A stretch of DNA of 64,000 nucleotides, taken from the NCBI GenBank assembly GCA_965219085.1, contig OZ244720.1, positions 2,272,001-2,336,000 of the forward strand. Reading direction: 5' to 3'. This document shows, in pieces, positions 21,697 to 32,092 of the stretch. This stretch comes from Dehalococcoidia bacterium (lineage in GTDB: Bacteria; Chloroflexota; Dehalococcoidia; UBA2979). The notes below the pieces were generated by a model. That model worked only from the letters and a program-made list of their open reading frames with translations. It ran no database searches and was not told the DNA's origin. Positions within the stretch are counted from its first letter, which is position 1; the number at the start of each line of letters is the position of its first letter. Both the position numbers and the translations under genes were made by a program.

Positions 21697-24600
21697 CTAC
21701 TCGTATCTGAGCGCCTCGGCGACCGCCACGCGCGAGGCGGCGCGGGCGGGGAGCAGCGTCATCAGCGCGCTCGCTCCGTAGGCGATGGCGAGGATCACGG
21801 CCAGCCGCACCCACGGCACCTGGAAGTCGATGTCGGTCCCGCCCGTGAACTCCGGGCTCGACAGCAGGTTGTACGAGACCGCCAGCCCGAGCACGACCCC
21901 GATCGCGACGCCCGCGATCGCGATGAACGACGACTCAAGGAAATAGGACACCGCCACGAGCCTGCGGCTGTAGCCGATGGCGCGCAGCATCCCGATCTGC
22001 TGCCGGCGCTCCACCACCGTGCGGAACGCGATCACGCCGAGCGCGGCGATGCCGACGATCAGCCCCAGCCCCATGAAGCCCTCGAACAGGTACTGGAACG
22101 AGCGCGACGTGCCCGCCTGGTCGTCGATCAGCTTGTCGATCGAGTTGGCCTGCACGCCGAGCTCCAGCAGCGTCGACTCGATGTCCCGTGCGGCCTCGAT
22201 CGCCGCCTCGTCCGAGGTGTCGGCGGTGACGACGTAGTACTGCTCGAAGTCCCCGCCCGCGAAGCCCTCATCGATGGTCGCGGCCTGCGTGAAGATGGCG
22301 AAGAAGGAGAGGATGACGGAGGTCGCCTGCGACTCAAGCACGCCGATGATCCTGATCTCCCTAGTGAGGCCGCTCGATGGGTCGCGGACGGTGAGCGGGA
22401 TCGGGTCCCACGGCTGATTCCGGAGGTCGCTGTCCGAGACGCCGAGGTAGAAGTTGCTCTGCTGTCCCGGGCCACCGCCGAAATCGTCCGCCGCCTGCAG
22501 GCGCGAGGCGTCGATGACGGCGACGGTGGGATCGGTACGGACCGCCTCCCAGACAGCCTCGTTGCTGTCGTAGCCGGCCGCGCGATGCTCGACGGGCAGG
22601 CGCTGGAGGTCGATGAACTCGTCGTCCGTGCCGGCGAGGTGGTAGGTCTCGTACGCGTCGTCGCCTGCGGGGTCATCGCTGCGGCGCACTTGCGGGAAGG
22701 CGGAGACGAGGCGCCCGACGCCCCCGATGGTGGAGTCGGGCGCGTATCCCGCGGAGCCGAGTGCGTCGCGCAGGTCGCCGATACGGTTGCTCGGGTTGAC
22801 GTCGACGGCGACGTCGAAGCCGGCGTTGGCGCTGTCGCTCAGGAACGCCTGCGTGAAGTTCGAGTTGAGCGTGGCCATCACCACGACGCTGAAGACGACC
22901 AGCCCGAACATCGCGAGGGTCATGCCGGTGCGGAACTTCGCGGCGACCGGGTAGGCGATGGCCGTCTTGATCGCGGGCGCGATCCCGCCGAGCAGCGTGC
23001 CAAGCCAGCGCACCGGGGCGAGCGCCAGTTCAGCGTTGAGGATGATGACCAGCACCGCCGCCGCCGTGACGGCGATGCCGGAGACGAAGAACATCTCGAT
23101 GTTGCCCTCGATGTCCCCCGGACGCGGCAGCCCGAGGATCCGCAGCACTCCGTCGACCGGGTCGAGGTCGCCGCCCACGACGCTATTGAGGTCGGTGAAG
23201 AGCGAGAACGGGAGCGGGAGGATCCAGTACCAGACCAGTCCGAGCCCGGCGGCCGTGAAGGCGAGGCGCTGGTTCAGCCCGAAGTAGACGGCGAGCATGG
23301 CGATGCCGAGGAGGGCGAGGTTGAAGCCGGACGTGTAGGAGAACGCCTGGCCCTGCAGCCCGCTCAGCGCGTCGAAGCCCCAGCCCGACAGCCAGACCAG
23401 CAGCGAGCCGAGGATGAGCATGATCACGGCCCAGCCGCCCGCGTTGCGGTGGCGGCCCGCCCACGCCCGCGAGAGCTGCAATAGCCATACGACGCCCGCA
23501 ACCACGTTGAAGACGACGAGCCAGAGTGCCCAGAGTAGCCAGTGGCGCCAGTTCCACTGATTGCGGAAGGCTCCTCGGCGGACGGTCCGCGCGCCGAAGA
23601 ACATCAGCGTGCTGACGGCCATCAGGGCTGCGCCGCCGAAGAGGCCGGACAGGATCGTCGGCAGGTCCCCGAACGCCGCACCAATCACGGCCGCGGTGAT
23701 GAACAGCGTCGCGAACCCGGCCACCGCCAGCGCGACGATCCAGCCGACCAGCCAGAGTGCGCCGACCGCGGACTTGAGCAGCGCGCCGATCGTTCGGTCC
23801 GCTCCCGCCAGCGCCTGCGGCTCGGGCAGGTCGCGGATGGCGCGCACGATGTTGAGGTTCGCGATGCGGAACGAGGCGAACGTGACGGTGGCGAAGGTGA
23901 GCACCACGCCCAGGCTGTAGGCGATGAGGAAGCCCTGCCAGTTGAAGTGGAAGGTGATCCCGAAGCCGAACGCCTCGCTGAAGATCCGGCCCAACACCAG
24001 CACGAGCACGAAGGCGACCCCGAGGCCGAGCAGCGCGCCCACCGCGGCCGAGCCGAGGTTGTACGCCATCCCCTCGGCGAGGAACGTCTCGGTGAGGTGC
24101 AGGCGCTGCATCCCGATCGCGCGCGCCATCCCCATCTCGGAGCGTCGCTCGGCCGCGAGCATCACGAAGATCATGAAGATCAGCAGCACACCCGACGCGA
24201 TCGCGAACAGCCCGAAGATCAGGAAGAACGTGACGAAGATCGAGCCGACCGTCTCGGCCAGCGCGACGCCCTGCTTCTTCGTGAAGAGCATCGTCGCCCG
24301 GCTCTCCGGGTGCTCCTCGATGAACGTATCGAGCCGTTCCTCGACGGTGTCGCTGAGGTCGAGTGTGTCTCGCACGCCGCCGGTGATGGACACGACGACC
24401 ACGGATAGCTTGCCGTCGAGTCCGGTCAGCTCGCGGGCGACATCGAGGCTCGTGACGAGCCCGCCTCCGCTGGCATTGGCCCCGGTGAGCGAGGTGTCCT
24501 GGACGATGTCGATGACCTCGAACGCGGTCGGCCGGCCGTCGTGGAAGATCTGCACGCTGTCCCCGGGCCGCACGTCCAGCTGGTCGGCGAGATCCTCGGA

Positions 24601-25167
24601 CACGTAGGCGCGCATGCCGCCGAGGGTAGAGCCGGGGATCAGCGCACCGTCGAGCGTCTTCAGGCCCTTGAACGCGTCGACGGTGGCGGGGTCGACGCCG
24701 ACGAAGCCCGCCGCGGCTTCCGCAAGCCGGCGCTCGGCATTGAGCGCGGGCAGCACCTCGACCAGCAGGCCGGAGACGCCGTCGATGTCGGGGTCGCCGG
24801 CGAACTCGTCCGCGAGCGCGCCGAGGAACACGTCGGTGAGGTAGCGGTCGTCGCGCTCGGCGGCGGCGGCGCCGTCGAATCCGATGAGGAAGTCGACTTC
24901 CTCGAAGCTGTCGTACACCTCGTTCGTGATCGAGTAGCCGACGGTGTCGCCGGTGGCGAAGGCGGCGCTGATGATCAGCGTGGAGAGCATCAGCCCGATC
25001 ACGATCAGCGAGGTCTGTGCCTTGCGCCGCCCGATGTTGCGCAGCCCCATGCGCACGAGCAGGGGCTGACGCCAGGCGATCACGCCGAGGACCCCGAAGA
25101 TCGCGCCGAGCGCGAGTAGCAGCGCGACCAGGATGCTCGTCAGCGGGATCCCGAAAAGGCTATCCAA
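21697..25167 (-). CDS. FtsX/MacB-like ABC transporter permease
   Basis: Two FtsX motifs (LAAERRSEMGMARAIG, VVERRQQIGMLRAIG); terminal PARAASRVAVAEALRYE. Confidence 0.9.
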   Translation of the reverse strand: MDSLFGIPLTSILVALLLALGAIFGVLGVIAWRQPLLVRMGLRNIGRRKAQTSLIVIGLMLSTLIISAAFATGDTVGYSITNEVYDSFEEVDFLIGFDGAAAAERDDRYLTDVFLGALADEFAGDPDIDGVSGLLVEVLPALNAERRLAEAAAGFVGVDPATVDAFKGLKTLDGALIPGSTLGGMRAYVSEDLADQLDVRPGDSVQIFHDGRPTAFEVIDIVQDTSLTGANASGGGLVTSLDVARELTGLDGKLSVVVVSITGGVRDTLDLSDTVEERLDTFIEEHPESRATMLFTKKQGVALAETVGSIFVTFFLIFGLFAIASGVLLIFMIFVMLAAERRSEMGMARAIGMQRLHLTETFLAEGMAYNLGSAAVGALLGLGVAFVLVLVLGRIFSEAFGFGITFHFNWQGFLIAYSLGVVLTFATVTFASFRIANLNIVRAIRDLPEPQALAGADRTIGALLKSAVGALWLVGWIVALAVAGFATLFITAAVIGAAFGDLPTILSGLFGGAALMAVSTLMFFGARTVRRGAFRNQWNWRHWLLWALWLVVFNVVAGVVWLLQLSRAWAGRHRNAGGWAVIMLILGSLLVWLSGWGFDALSGLQGQAFSYTSGFNLALLGIAMLAVYFGLNQRLAFTAAGLGLVWYWILPLPFSLFTDLNSVVGGDLDPVDGVLRILGLPRPGDIEGNIEMFFVSGIAVTAAAVLVIILNAELALAPVRWLGTLLGGIAPAIKTAIAYPVAAKFRTGMTLAMFGLVVFSVVVMATLNSNFTQAFLSDSANAGFDVAVDVNPSNRIGDLRDALGSAGYAPDSTIGGVGRLVSAFPQVRRSDDPAGDDAYETYHLAGTDDEFIDLQRLPVEHRAAGYDSNEAVWEAVRTDPTVAVIDASRLQAADDFGGGPGQQSNFYLGVSDSDLRNQPWDPIPLTVRDPSSGLTREIRIIGVLESQATSVILSFFAIFTQAATIDEGFAGGDFEQYYVVTADTSDEAAIEAARDIESTLLELGVQANSIDKLIDDQAGTSRSFQYLFEGFMGLGLIVGIAALGVIAFRTVVERRQQIGMLRAIGYSRRLVAVSYFLESSFIAIAGVAIGVVLGLAVSYNLLSSPEFTGGTDIDFQVPWVRLAVILAIAYGASALMTLLPARAASRVAVAEALRYE

Positions 25168-25855
25168 CGAGCTGCTCCTCGCGCTCGATCAGCCCGTCGC
25201 GCATATGCACGATGCGGTGGCAGCGGTCGGCGATCTCACGGCCGTGCGTGACGATCACGAAGGTCTGGTCCTGCTCGCGGTTGAGTCCGATGAGCAAGTC
25301 CATGATCTGCCCGGCGGTCACGGAGTCGAGGTCGCCCGTCGGCTCATCGGCCCAGACGATCGTGGGGTCGTTGACGAGTGCGCGCGCGATGGTCACGCGC
25401 TGGCGCTGGCCGCCGGAGAGCTGGCCGGGGCGGTGCTCCGCCCAGTCGGTGAGCCCCACGTGGTCGAGCTGACCGAGGGCCAGCCGCCGCGCCTCGGCGG
25501 GCGGGGTGCCGGAAACGAGCAGCGGCAACTCGACGTTCTCGACCGCGCTGAGCACGGGCAGCAGGTTGTAGAACTGGAAGATGAACCCCATCTGCTGTGC
25601 GCGGTACGAGGTCTTGGTGTTGTCGTCGAGGCTGCCAAGGTCGGTGCCCTCGATGGTGATGCTGCCCTCGGTGGGGTCGTCGAGGCCGGACGCGGTGTTG
25701 AGCAGGGTCGTCTTGCCACAGCCCGAGGGCCCCATGATGGCGACCATCTCGCCGCGTTCGACGGTGAGGTCGACGCCCCTGAGCGCCTGCACCTGCACCT
25801 CGCCGGTGTCGTAGGTCTTGACCAGACTGTTCAGTTCGATGATCGCTTCGGGCAT
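25160..25855 (-). CDS. ABC transporter ATP-binding protein (LolD/MacB-like)
   Basis: GPSGCGKTT, LSGGQRQRV, WADEPTGDLD. Confidence 0.93.
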   Translation of the reverse strand: MPEAIIELNSLVKTYDTGEVQVQALRGVDLTVERGEMVAIMGPSGCGKTTLLNTASGLDDPTEGSITIEGTDLGSLDDNTKTSYRAQQMGFIFQFYNLLPVLSAVENVELPLLVSGTPPAEARRLALGQLDHVGLTDWAEHRPGQLSGGQRQRVTIARALVNDPTIVWADEPTGDLDSVTAGQIMDLLIGLNREQDQTFVIVTHGREIADRCHRIVHMRDGLIEREEQLVG

Positions 25856-26038
25856 CGGCCCTCCGAGCGTCGCGTCACGGTGTCCGCGATCGATGCTCCG
25901 CGATAGCACCACAAGGGGCTACCGGGTGCGTGCCATCGGTGGGAGCGGGGCGCGCGTTTTCGGCGGCGCGGGTATCGTAGCATCGAGCCGCGTGTGCGGC
26001 GCGCGCGCCGCGCGCACGACGGCTCACCGGGGGGAACG

Positions 26039-26200
26039 ATGGCGTTCGGGGTCCTGCTCGTGATCGTCGGGGGGATATTCCTCGCCGAGTCGCTTGGGCT
26101 CACCGAGTTCGGCATCCTCGAGCTGTGGCCGCTGCTGCTGATCGGCGGCGGCTGCGTCATCCTCTACGAGCGCGTGCGCCGCGCCTATCGCCGCCGGTGA
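26039..26200 (+). CDS. Small LiaI/LiaF-like membrane protein
   Basis: FGVLLVIVGGIFL..LWPLLLIGGG pattern. Confidence 0.65.
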   Translation: MAFGVLLVIVGGIFLAESLGLTEFGILELWPLLLIGGGCVILYERVRRAYRRR

Positions 26201-26211
26201 GGTTCCCGGCG

Positions 26212-26778
26212 ATGACGAGCCGCGCCCGCGATGTCGTACCGCTCACGATCGGTCTCTACCTCATCGCGCTCGGCGCAGTCCTGCTGCTCGACAGCACGAA
26301 CGTGCACGCCATCGGCGTCGAGGGAGCGATCGGGAGCGCGTTCGGCCTTGGGTTCGTCGCGCTCGGCGTGCTCGCGTTCCTGGCGGCGTGGCGGGTGCGG
26401 CGCTTCTCACGGCGGATGCGCCGCGCCGTGGGGCACCTGCGCTCCGCCTCCGGCGGCTGGACGGTCGAGGACGACGCGGTCATCTCCACCGTCGTCGGCG
26501 ACATCTCGCTCGACCTGCGCGACGCGGACCTGCCCGAGGGCGAGACCGAGCTCGCGGTGCTGTGCTGGCTCGGCACCATCCAGGTGCGCGTCCCGCGCGC
26601 GTTCGGCGTCGACGTGACCGCGCAGGCCATTGTCGGCAGCGTCGACGTGCTCGGTGAGCGCGAGGAGGGCGTCGTACGCGACATCCATGTGCGCAGCGAG
26701 GGCTACGAGGGCCAGACGCGGCGCGTCCGGCTCCGCCTCTCGACCTTCGTCGGCGAGCTCATGGTGGTGCAGGTCTAG
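26212..26778 (+). CDS. LiaF-like cell-wall-stress protein
   Basis: Two TM segments then VGDISLDLRDADLPEGET..GTIQVRVP beta repeat. Confidence 0.75.
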   Translation: MTSRARDVVPLTIGLYLIALGAVLLLDSTNVHAIGVEGAIGSAFGLGFVALGVLAFLAAWRVRRFSRRMRRAVGHLRSASGGWTVEDDAVISTVVGDISLDLRDADLPEGETELAVLCWLGTIQVRVPRAFGVDVTAQAIVGSVDVLGEREEGVVRDIHVRSEGYEGQTRRVRLRLSTFVGELMVVQV

Positions 26779-27398
26779 CCCGACTCGACGCCCTCGCGAT
26801 GCGGGCAGCCGACGCAGTCGGGCAGGGCGGGCCGGTCTCCCTCGACACCCGCGACATCGCGCAGCAGCCGCCGCAGCGTCCACAGCGGCAACCCGATCAC
26901 CGCGCAGCGGCATCCCTCAACCGCGGCCGCCGGGGCGAGTTCCGTGTCCTGCACGGCGTAGCCTCCTGCCTTGTCGAACGGCTCGCCGCGCGCGATGTAG
27001 CGAGCGACCTCGACGTCGGCGTACTCGCGCATCGTGACCGCGGTCGTCACGGCCTCGGTCGCCTCGGCACCGCCGCCGATGACCGCGACGCCCGTCACGA
27101 CGTGGTGTGTGCGGCCGCGCAGCGCCTCCAGCATCGCCCGCGCCTCCGTGTCGTCGCGCGGCTTGCCGAGCTGGCGGCCGTCGAGGACCACGATCGTGTC
27201 CGCGCCGATCACGGTGTCGCCGGGCCGCGCGACGGCGATGGCGCGCGCCTTGCGCCGCGCAAGCGTGCAGGCCAGCCGCGCCGCGTCGTCGTCCTCGCCG
27301 GACTCGTCGACGCCGGCCGGGACCACCTCGAAGGTGACGCCGAGGGCGGGTAGCAACTCGCGGCGGCGCGGTGAGGCGGACGCGAGGACGATCGCCAC
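26775..27398 (-). CDS. maf: Maf family nucleoside triphosphate pyrophosphatase
   Basis: IVLASASPRRRELL, IGADTIV, LGKP, DKAGGYAVQ. Confidence 0.92.
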   Translation of the reverse strand: MAIVLASASPRRRELLPALGVTFEVVPAGVDESGEDDDAARLACTLARRKARAIAVARPGDTVIGADTIVVLDGRQLGKPRDDTEARAMLEALRGRTHHVVTGVAVIGGGAEATEAVTTAVTMREYADVEVARYIARGEPFDKAGGYAVQDTELAPAAAVEGCRCAVIGLPLWTLRRLLRDVAGVEGDRPALPDCVGCPHREGVESG

Positions 27399-27414
27399 GG
27401 CTGCCTGACCCCGG

Positions 27415-28713
27415 CTACTCGGTCCGGTCGAGCGTGGTGATGCACTCGATGTGCTGGGTGTGCGGGAACATGTCGATGGGCTGCACCTCGCCGATGGTGA
27501 AGCCGCCGTCGACGAAGCGGCGCAGGTCGCGGGCGAGCGTCGCCGGCTCGCACGAGACGTAGACCATGCGCCGCACGTCCGAGTCGATCACCGTCTCGAT
27601 GATTGACGCGTCGAGGCCGGCGCGCGGCGGGTCGACGACGACCACGTCGGGCTGTGGGTTGAGGAGCGGCAGCTGCTCCTCGACGGCGCCGGTGATGCGC
27701 CGCACGTTCGGGTAGGGCGCGAGGTTCACCGCGGCGTCGTCCCCGGCGGCGCTGGACGCCTCGATGGTGACGACATCCGGAACCACCTGCGCGAGCGCGA
27801 CGGCGAAGGTACCGACGCCGGAGTAGGCGTCGGCAACGAGCCGCGGCCCGACGGCGCGTGCGCGCGCGACGACCAGCTCGATCAGCCGCTCCGCCTGCCG
27901 CGAGTTGACCTGGAAGAACGCCGGCGAGGAGACCTGGTAGCGCGCGCCGCGCAGCAGCTCGTGGTATTGCTTTTGGCCGCTGCGCACGTTGCCGTGGCGG
28001 CCCGGCCGCCAGCGCAGCTTCGGCTGCACGAGCACTTCGCCGGTGTGCTCGCCCGCTCGGACCGTGAGCTGCTTCGTCTGCATCGTGCGGCCCTGCGCGT
28101 TGCGGAGGACGCGGTTGGCCTGGGGCAGCGCGATCTCGCAGTGGTCGACGCGCAGGAAGCGGTGCGTGCCGTGCTCCATGAAGCCGATGTCGCCGTCGCG
28201 GCGCACGGTGAAGCGCATGTGGTTGCGGTATGCCCACGGATCGGTCATGCCGATCATCTCGCGCAGCACGCCGTCGATCTCGGAGTCCTCGAAGCGCCCG
28301 ATGCGCCGCATCTGCTCGCGCACGACGCCCGCCTTCAGCCGTAGCTGCTCGCCGTAGGCGATGTGCTGCATCTGGCAGCCGCCGCAGCGCCCGTAGTACG
28401 CGCAGCGCGGCTCCACGCGCTCAGGCGACGCCTCCTGCACCATCACCGTGCGCGCCTCGATGTACGAGGACTCCTCGGAGGTGATCTCGGCGATCACGCG
28501 CTCGCCCGGGATGCCGAACTCGACGAAGGCGATGCGGCCGTCGGGCGCGCGGCCCATCGCGACGCCACCCGCCGCGAACCCGGTGAGCTCGAGCTCGACG
28601 GGCGTGCGGGGGCGGTCGACGAGGTGCCCGCGACGGCGCCGCCGCCGCTGCCGCTTGCGCGGCGGCCGCTCGGGTGCGACGTCCTCGATGTCGGGTCCCA
28701 TCTCCGGGGTCAT
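27415..28713 (-). CDS. TRAM-domain RNA (uracil-5)-methyltransferase, RlmD/TrmA family
   Basis: CAYYGRCGGCQMQH, AFFQVN, VVDPPRAG, YVSCEPATLARD, DMFPHTQHIE. Confidence 0.9.
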   Translation of the reverse strand: MTPEMGPDIEDVAPERPPRKRQRRRRRRGHLVDRPRTPVELELTGFAAGGVAMGRAPDGRIAFVEFGIPGERVIAEITSEESSYIEARTVMVQEASPERVEPRCAYYGRCGGCQMQHIAYGEQLRLKAGVVREQMRRIGRFEDSEIDGVLREMIGMTDPWAYRNHMRFTVRRDGDIGFMEHGTHRFLRVDHCEIALPQANRVLRNAQGRTMQTKQLTVRAGEHTGEVLVQPKLRWRPGRHGNVRSGQKQYHELLRGARYQVSSPAFFQVNSRQAERLIELVVARARAVGPRLVADAYSGVGTFAVALAQVVPDVVTIEASSAAGDDAAVNLAPYPNVRRITGAVEEQLPLLNPQPDVVVVDPPRAGLDASIIETVIDSDVRRMVYVSCEPATLARDLRRFVDGGFTIGEVQPIDMFPHTQHIECITTLDRTE

Positions 28714-28798
28714 ACGTCGATGGTACGGGCCGCCGCCGTGCGAGCGCGAGCGGCACTCGCGCACGATGGCGGGTAGCATCGGCGGCGAGGAGGCTGGC

Positions 28799-29932
28799 GT
28801 GGAGCCCACACCACTGCGCGACATCGTCCGCGAGGTTGTCTCGATCCCGACCGCGCCGTTCCTCGAGCGCGGCGTGCGCGAGTACATCCGCGCCTTCGCC
28901 GAGGCGCGCGGCCTGGCCCACGAGGAGGACGCGTTCGGCAACGCCTACGTGACCTACCGCCGCGGGCGGCGTCGGCGCCCACTCGTGCTCGGCGCGCACG
29001 TGGACCACCCCGCGCTCGTCGTGGCCGGCGTCGACGGCGACCACCTCGACCTCGAGTTCCGGGGCGGCATCGACGCCTCCTACGGCGATGGCGAGCCGCT
29101 CGTGCTCTACCGCGAGGGCGCGCACGAGCCTCACGCGCGGGCGGTCGTGACCTCGGTGCGCGCCGACGAGCGCGGCCGGCTCGCGGGAGCCGAGGCCACG
29201 GTCGACGGGGACGCGAGCGGCGTCGCCATCGAGGACCTCGCGCTGTGGGACGTGACGCCGTGCCGGTTCCGCGGCGAGATCGTGCATGCGCGCGCGTGCG
29301 ACGACCTCGCCGGGGCCGCCGCCGTCCTCGCCACGCTCGACCGCATCGCCGCGGAGCGGCCCAACGGGCACGTCGTGGGGCTGTTCACGCGCGCCGAGGA
29401 AGTGGGGCTGCTCGGCGCGTCGGTCGCCGCGCGCGAGCGGCTGCTGCCGGAAGACGCGCTCGTCGTGGCCGTCGAGACCTCCTCGATGGCCGCGGGGCGC
29501 GCCGAGCAGGGCGGCGGGCCGATCGTGCGCCTCGGCGACGCGATGCACGTCTTCTCACCACGCATGTCGCAGTGGATGACCGCGCTCGGCGGCGAGCTGC
29601 GCGCCGAGGACGAGACGTTCGCCTTCCAGCGCAAGCTCATGGACGGCGGCACGACCGAGGCGACCTCGTACGACCTGTACGGGTACGAGACCGGGGCCGC
29701 GTGCATCGCACTCGGCAACTACCACAACGCCGGGCCGCGCGGCCGGGTGCGCGCGGAGACGGTGCACCTCGGCGACCTCGAAGGCCTCGTGCGGCTGTTC
29801 GTGCGGATGCACGAGACGACGCTGCGCTACCAGCGCTACCTGCCTGCGCTGCTGCGGCGGTACGACGTGCTGGGGCGTGAGGCGCGCCGCCGGCTGCGCA
29901 CCAGCGCGGGCGGGCGGGGCAGGGGCCGCTAG
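28799..29932 (+). CDS. M28/M42-family metallopeptidase
   Basis: AHVDHP, ACDDLAG, RAEEVG, GGTTEA, NYHN metal-ligand motifs. Confidence 0.8.
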   Translation: MEPTPLRDIVREVVSIPTAPFLERGVREYIRAFAEARGLAHEEDAFGNAYVTYRRGRRRRPLVLGAHVDHPALVVAGVDGDHLDLEFRGGIDASYGDGEPLVLYREGAHEPHARAVVTSVRADERGRLAGAEATVDGDASGVAIEDLALWDVTPCRFRGEIVHARACDDLAGAAAVLATLDRIAAERPNGHVVGLFTRAEEVGLLGASVAARERLLPEDALVVAVETSSMAAGRAEQGGGPIVRLGDAMHVFSPRMSQWMTALGGELRAEDETFAFQRKLMDGGTTEATSYDLYGYETGAACIALGNYHNAGPRGRVRAETVHLGDLEGLVRLFVRMHETTLRYQRYLPALLRRYDVLGREARRRLRTSAGGRGRGR

Positions 29933-30510
29933 CGTTCGAGGTGCTTCCAGACCGCCTCTTCGGTCTCCGTGCCGACGTGGCCCTCGCGCATGAGCCGGAT
30001 CAGCAGGCGGCCGTCGTGGCCCTGGGCGCGGAGATGGTCCCCGATCGCCGTCGCGCGCTCGGGGTTGCCGAGCACCACGGCGAGCAGCAGTTCCCACTCG
30101 ACGGGCGTGGCGAGGACGATCGCGCCGTTCACGTCGACCTGCGCGCGCGCGTCCCACAGCGAGGGGATGTCGACCGGGCTGAGCGAGACGTAGGCGCCGT
30201 GGAACGTCGGGCTGCCGTGCACGAAGACCGGCACGCGGCTGCGCATGAACTGCAACCGCGCCGCCGCCACGTGGGCGCCGCGCTGCCAGGTCACGGGGAC
30301 GTCGAGCATGTCGGCGAGCTGGCGCAGGGCTGCGTCGGTCGTCGCGAACTCGAGGTTCGGGGCGGGCGTGTCGATGCCCTGCAACTGCAATGCCGAGGCG
30401 CCCACGAGCGCCCACGGCTGATCGCCCGCCGCCTCTTCGATGACGCGCACGAGCGGGCCGAGTACCGCGTCGGATTCGGCGTCGAGTCGAGTCGGTTCGA
30501 GGATCGTCAT
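29929..30510 (-). CDS. Hypothetical protein, nucleotidyltransferase-like fold
   Basis: WALVGASALQLQGI..NLEF resembles a degenerate NTase G-[GS]..DxD region. Confidence 0.5.
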   Translation of the reverse strand: MTILEPTRLDAESDAVLGPLVRVIEEAAGDQPWALVGASALQLQGIDTPAPNLEFATTDAALRQLADMLDVPVTWQRGAHVAAARLQFMRSRVPVFVHGSPTFHGAYVSLSPVDIPSLWDARAQVDVNGAIVLATPVEWELLLAVVLGNPERATAIGDHLRAQGHDGRLLIRLMREGHVGTETEEAVWKHLER

Positions 30511-30517
30511 GCGCCCA

Positions 30518-30722
30518 CGGCTCCTCGGCCTCCAGCGGGCGGTTGGCAGGAATCGTAACGCGTTGCCATGTAACGGTCTGCCGCCCGGTGGCGCCCCGGG
30601 CGGGGCCACAGGGCGAGGCCGCCGGGCGGCGGGTGATGTGCGCTCAAGCGTTTATTGGTTTCGGATGATGGCGGTGGGTGGATCCGGCGAGTGGGCGTAG
30701 GCTCACCAGACTCCGAGGGCCG
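30518..30722 (-). ncRNA. Probable 6S-like RNA
   Basis: 205-nt intergenic rod: ends pair (CGGC-CCTCGG with CCGAGG-A-GCCG), long GC-rich inner stem, A-rich central unpaired regions; strand not certain. Confidence 0.5.
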
Positions 30723-30757
30723 CTTGCGCCGTCGGACATACTGCGGGCGGGTGATGC

Positions 30758-31996
30758 ATGCAGGCGACATCGGATGTGGCTGCACAGCGCGAACCGACCA
30801 GCGACCCCGAAGGCGCCCGGGGCGCGGCGCAGCGCGCCGCCGGCGGGCGCGGCGTGCTCCCGGCACAGGCGCTGCGACGCGCCATCTCCGACGGCGTCAT
30901 CAAGGCTGCCCGCAAGATCGAGGACAGCCAGATCCAGCCGGCCAGCCTCGACTTGCGACTCGGCAGCAAGGCCTACCGACTCCGCAGCAGCTTCCTCCCC
31001 GGAGCGGCTCGCATCCGCGACCGGCTCAGCGATCTGCAGGTGGGGCCGGCGCTCGACCTCGACAACCCCGACGGCGCCGTGCTCAACCCGGGCCACCCGT
31101 ACCTCATCGAGCTCATGGAGCGCGTGCGGCTGCCCGAGGGCACGAGGGCGGTCGCCAATCCGCGCAGCTCAACGGGCCGCCTCGACATCTTCACGCGCGT
31201 GATCGCGGAGCGAGCCACGCAGTTCGATGCGATCGAGCCGGGCTACGAGGGCGCGCTGTGGCTGGAGATCTACTCGAACACCTTCACCATCGGCGTGCGG
31301 TCCGGACTCTCGCTCGCGCAGCTGCGGCTTTCGACCTCGGATGCGGCGCTGACGGCGGCGGAGATCGAGGGCCTCCACGCTACGCAAGGATTGGTGTTCG
31401 CGCCGGGCACGGAACCGCGGGAGCCGGTCGCGACGCCGGCGATCGGGAACCGCGGGCTGCTCATCAACGTCGGGCTCCCGAACGGCAACGAATACGTCGG
31501 GTGGCGCGCGAAGCACCACACACCCCTCCTCGACCTCTCCAAGACGGCGGCGTACGACGCACTCGACTTCTGGGAGCCGGTGCGCGCGGAGCGGGGCGGC
31601 CGGCTGGTGCTCAACCCGGACGCGTTCTACCTGCTGATCTCGAGGGAGTTCGTGCGCATCCCGCCGAACGTGGCGGCCGAAATGGTGGCGTACGACCCGA
31701 CGAACGGGGAGCTGCGCACGCACTACGCCGGTTTCTTCGACCCGGGCTTCGGCTACGGCGACCAGGTGTCCGGCACCCGCGCCGTCCTCGAGGTCCGCGC
31801 GCACGACGTGCCGTTCATGCTGGAGGACGGCCAGCCGATCGCGCGCCTCGCGTACGAGTACATGGCGGAACCCCCCGACCGCCTCTACGGCGACGCGGCG
31901 CTCACGTCGCACTTCCAGCGGCAGGCGATCAACCTCAGCCGCCAGTTCCGACCCGTCGAGAGCGCGATCACGTTCCAGTTCCTCGGTAGCGAGTAG
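30758..31996 (+). CDS. dcd: Long (two-domain) 2'-deoxycytidine 5'-triphosphate deaminase
   Basis: IQPASLDLRLG, ANPRSSTGRLDIFTRVI, ELRTHYAGFFDPGFG, AVLEVRAHDVPF. Confidence 0.88.
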   Translation: MQATSDVAAQREPTSDPEGARGAAQRAAGGRGVLPAQALRRAISDGVIKAARKIEDSQIQPASLDLRLGSKAYRLRSSFLPGAARIRDRLSDLQVGPALDLDNPDGAVLNPGHPYLIELMERVRLPEGTRAVANPRSSTGRLDIFTRVIAERATQFDAIEPGYEGALWLEIYSNTFTIGVRSGLSLAQLRLSTSDAALTAAEIEGLHATQGLVFAPGTEPREPVATPAIGNRGLLINVGLPNGNEYVGWRAKHHTPLLDLSKTAAYDALDFWEPVRAERGGRLVLNPDAFYLLISREFVRIPPNVAAEMVAYDPTNGELRTHYAGFFDPGFGYGDQVSGTRAVLEVRAHDVPFMLEDGQPIARLAYEYMAEPPDRLYGDAALTSHFQRQAINLSRQFRPVESAITFQFLGSE

Positions 31997-32092
31997 CCAA
32001 ATCGCCCGTCGAGCCGTCGCGCGCGTGGTGGAACGATTGGTGAGGTGGCTGCGTAGTATTGATTGACGCCTTCCGCGCGAAATGAGGCCCTC

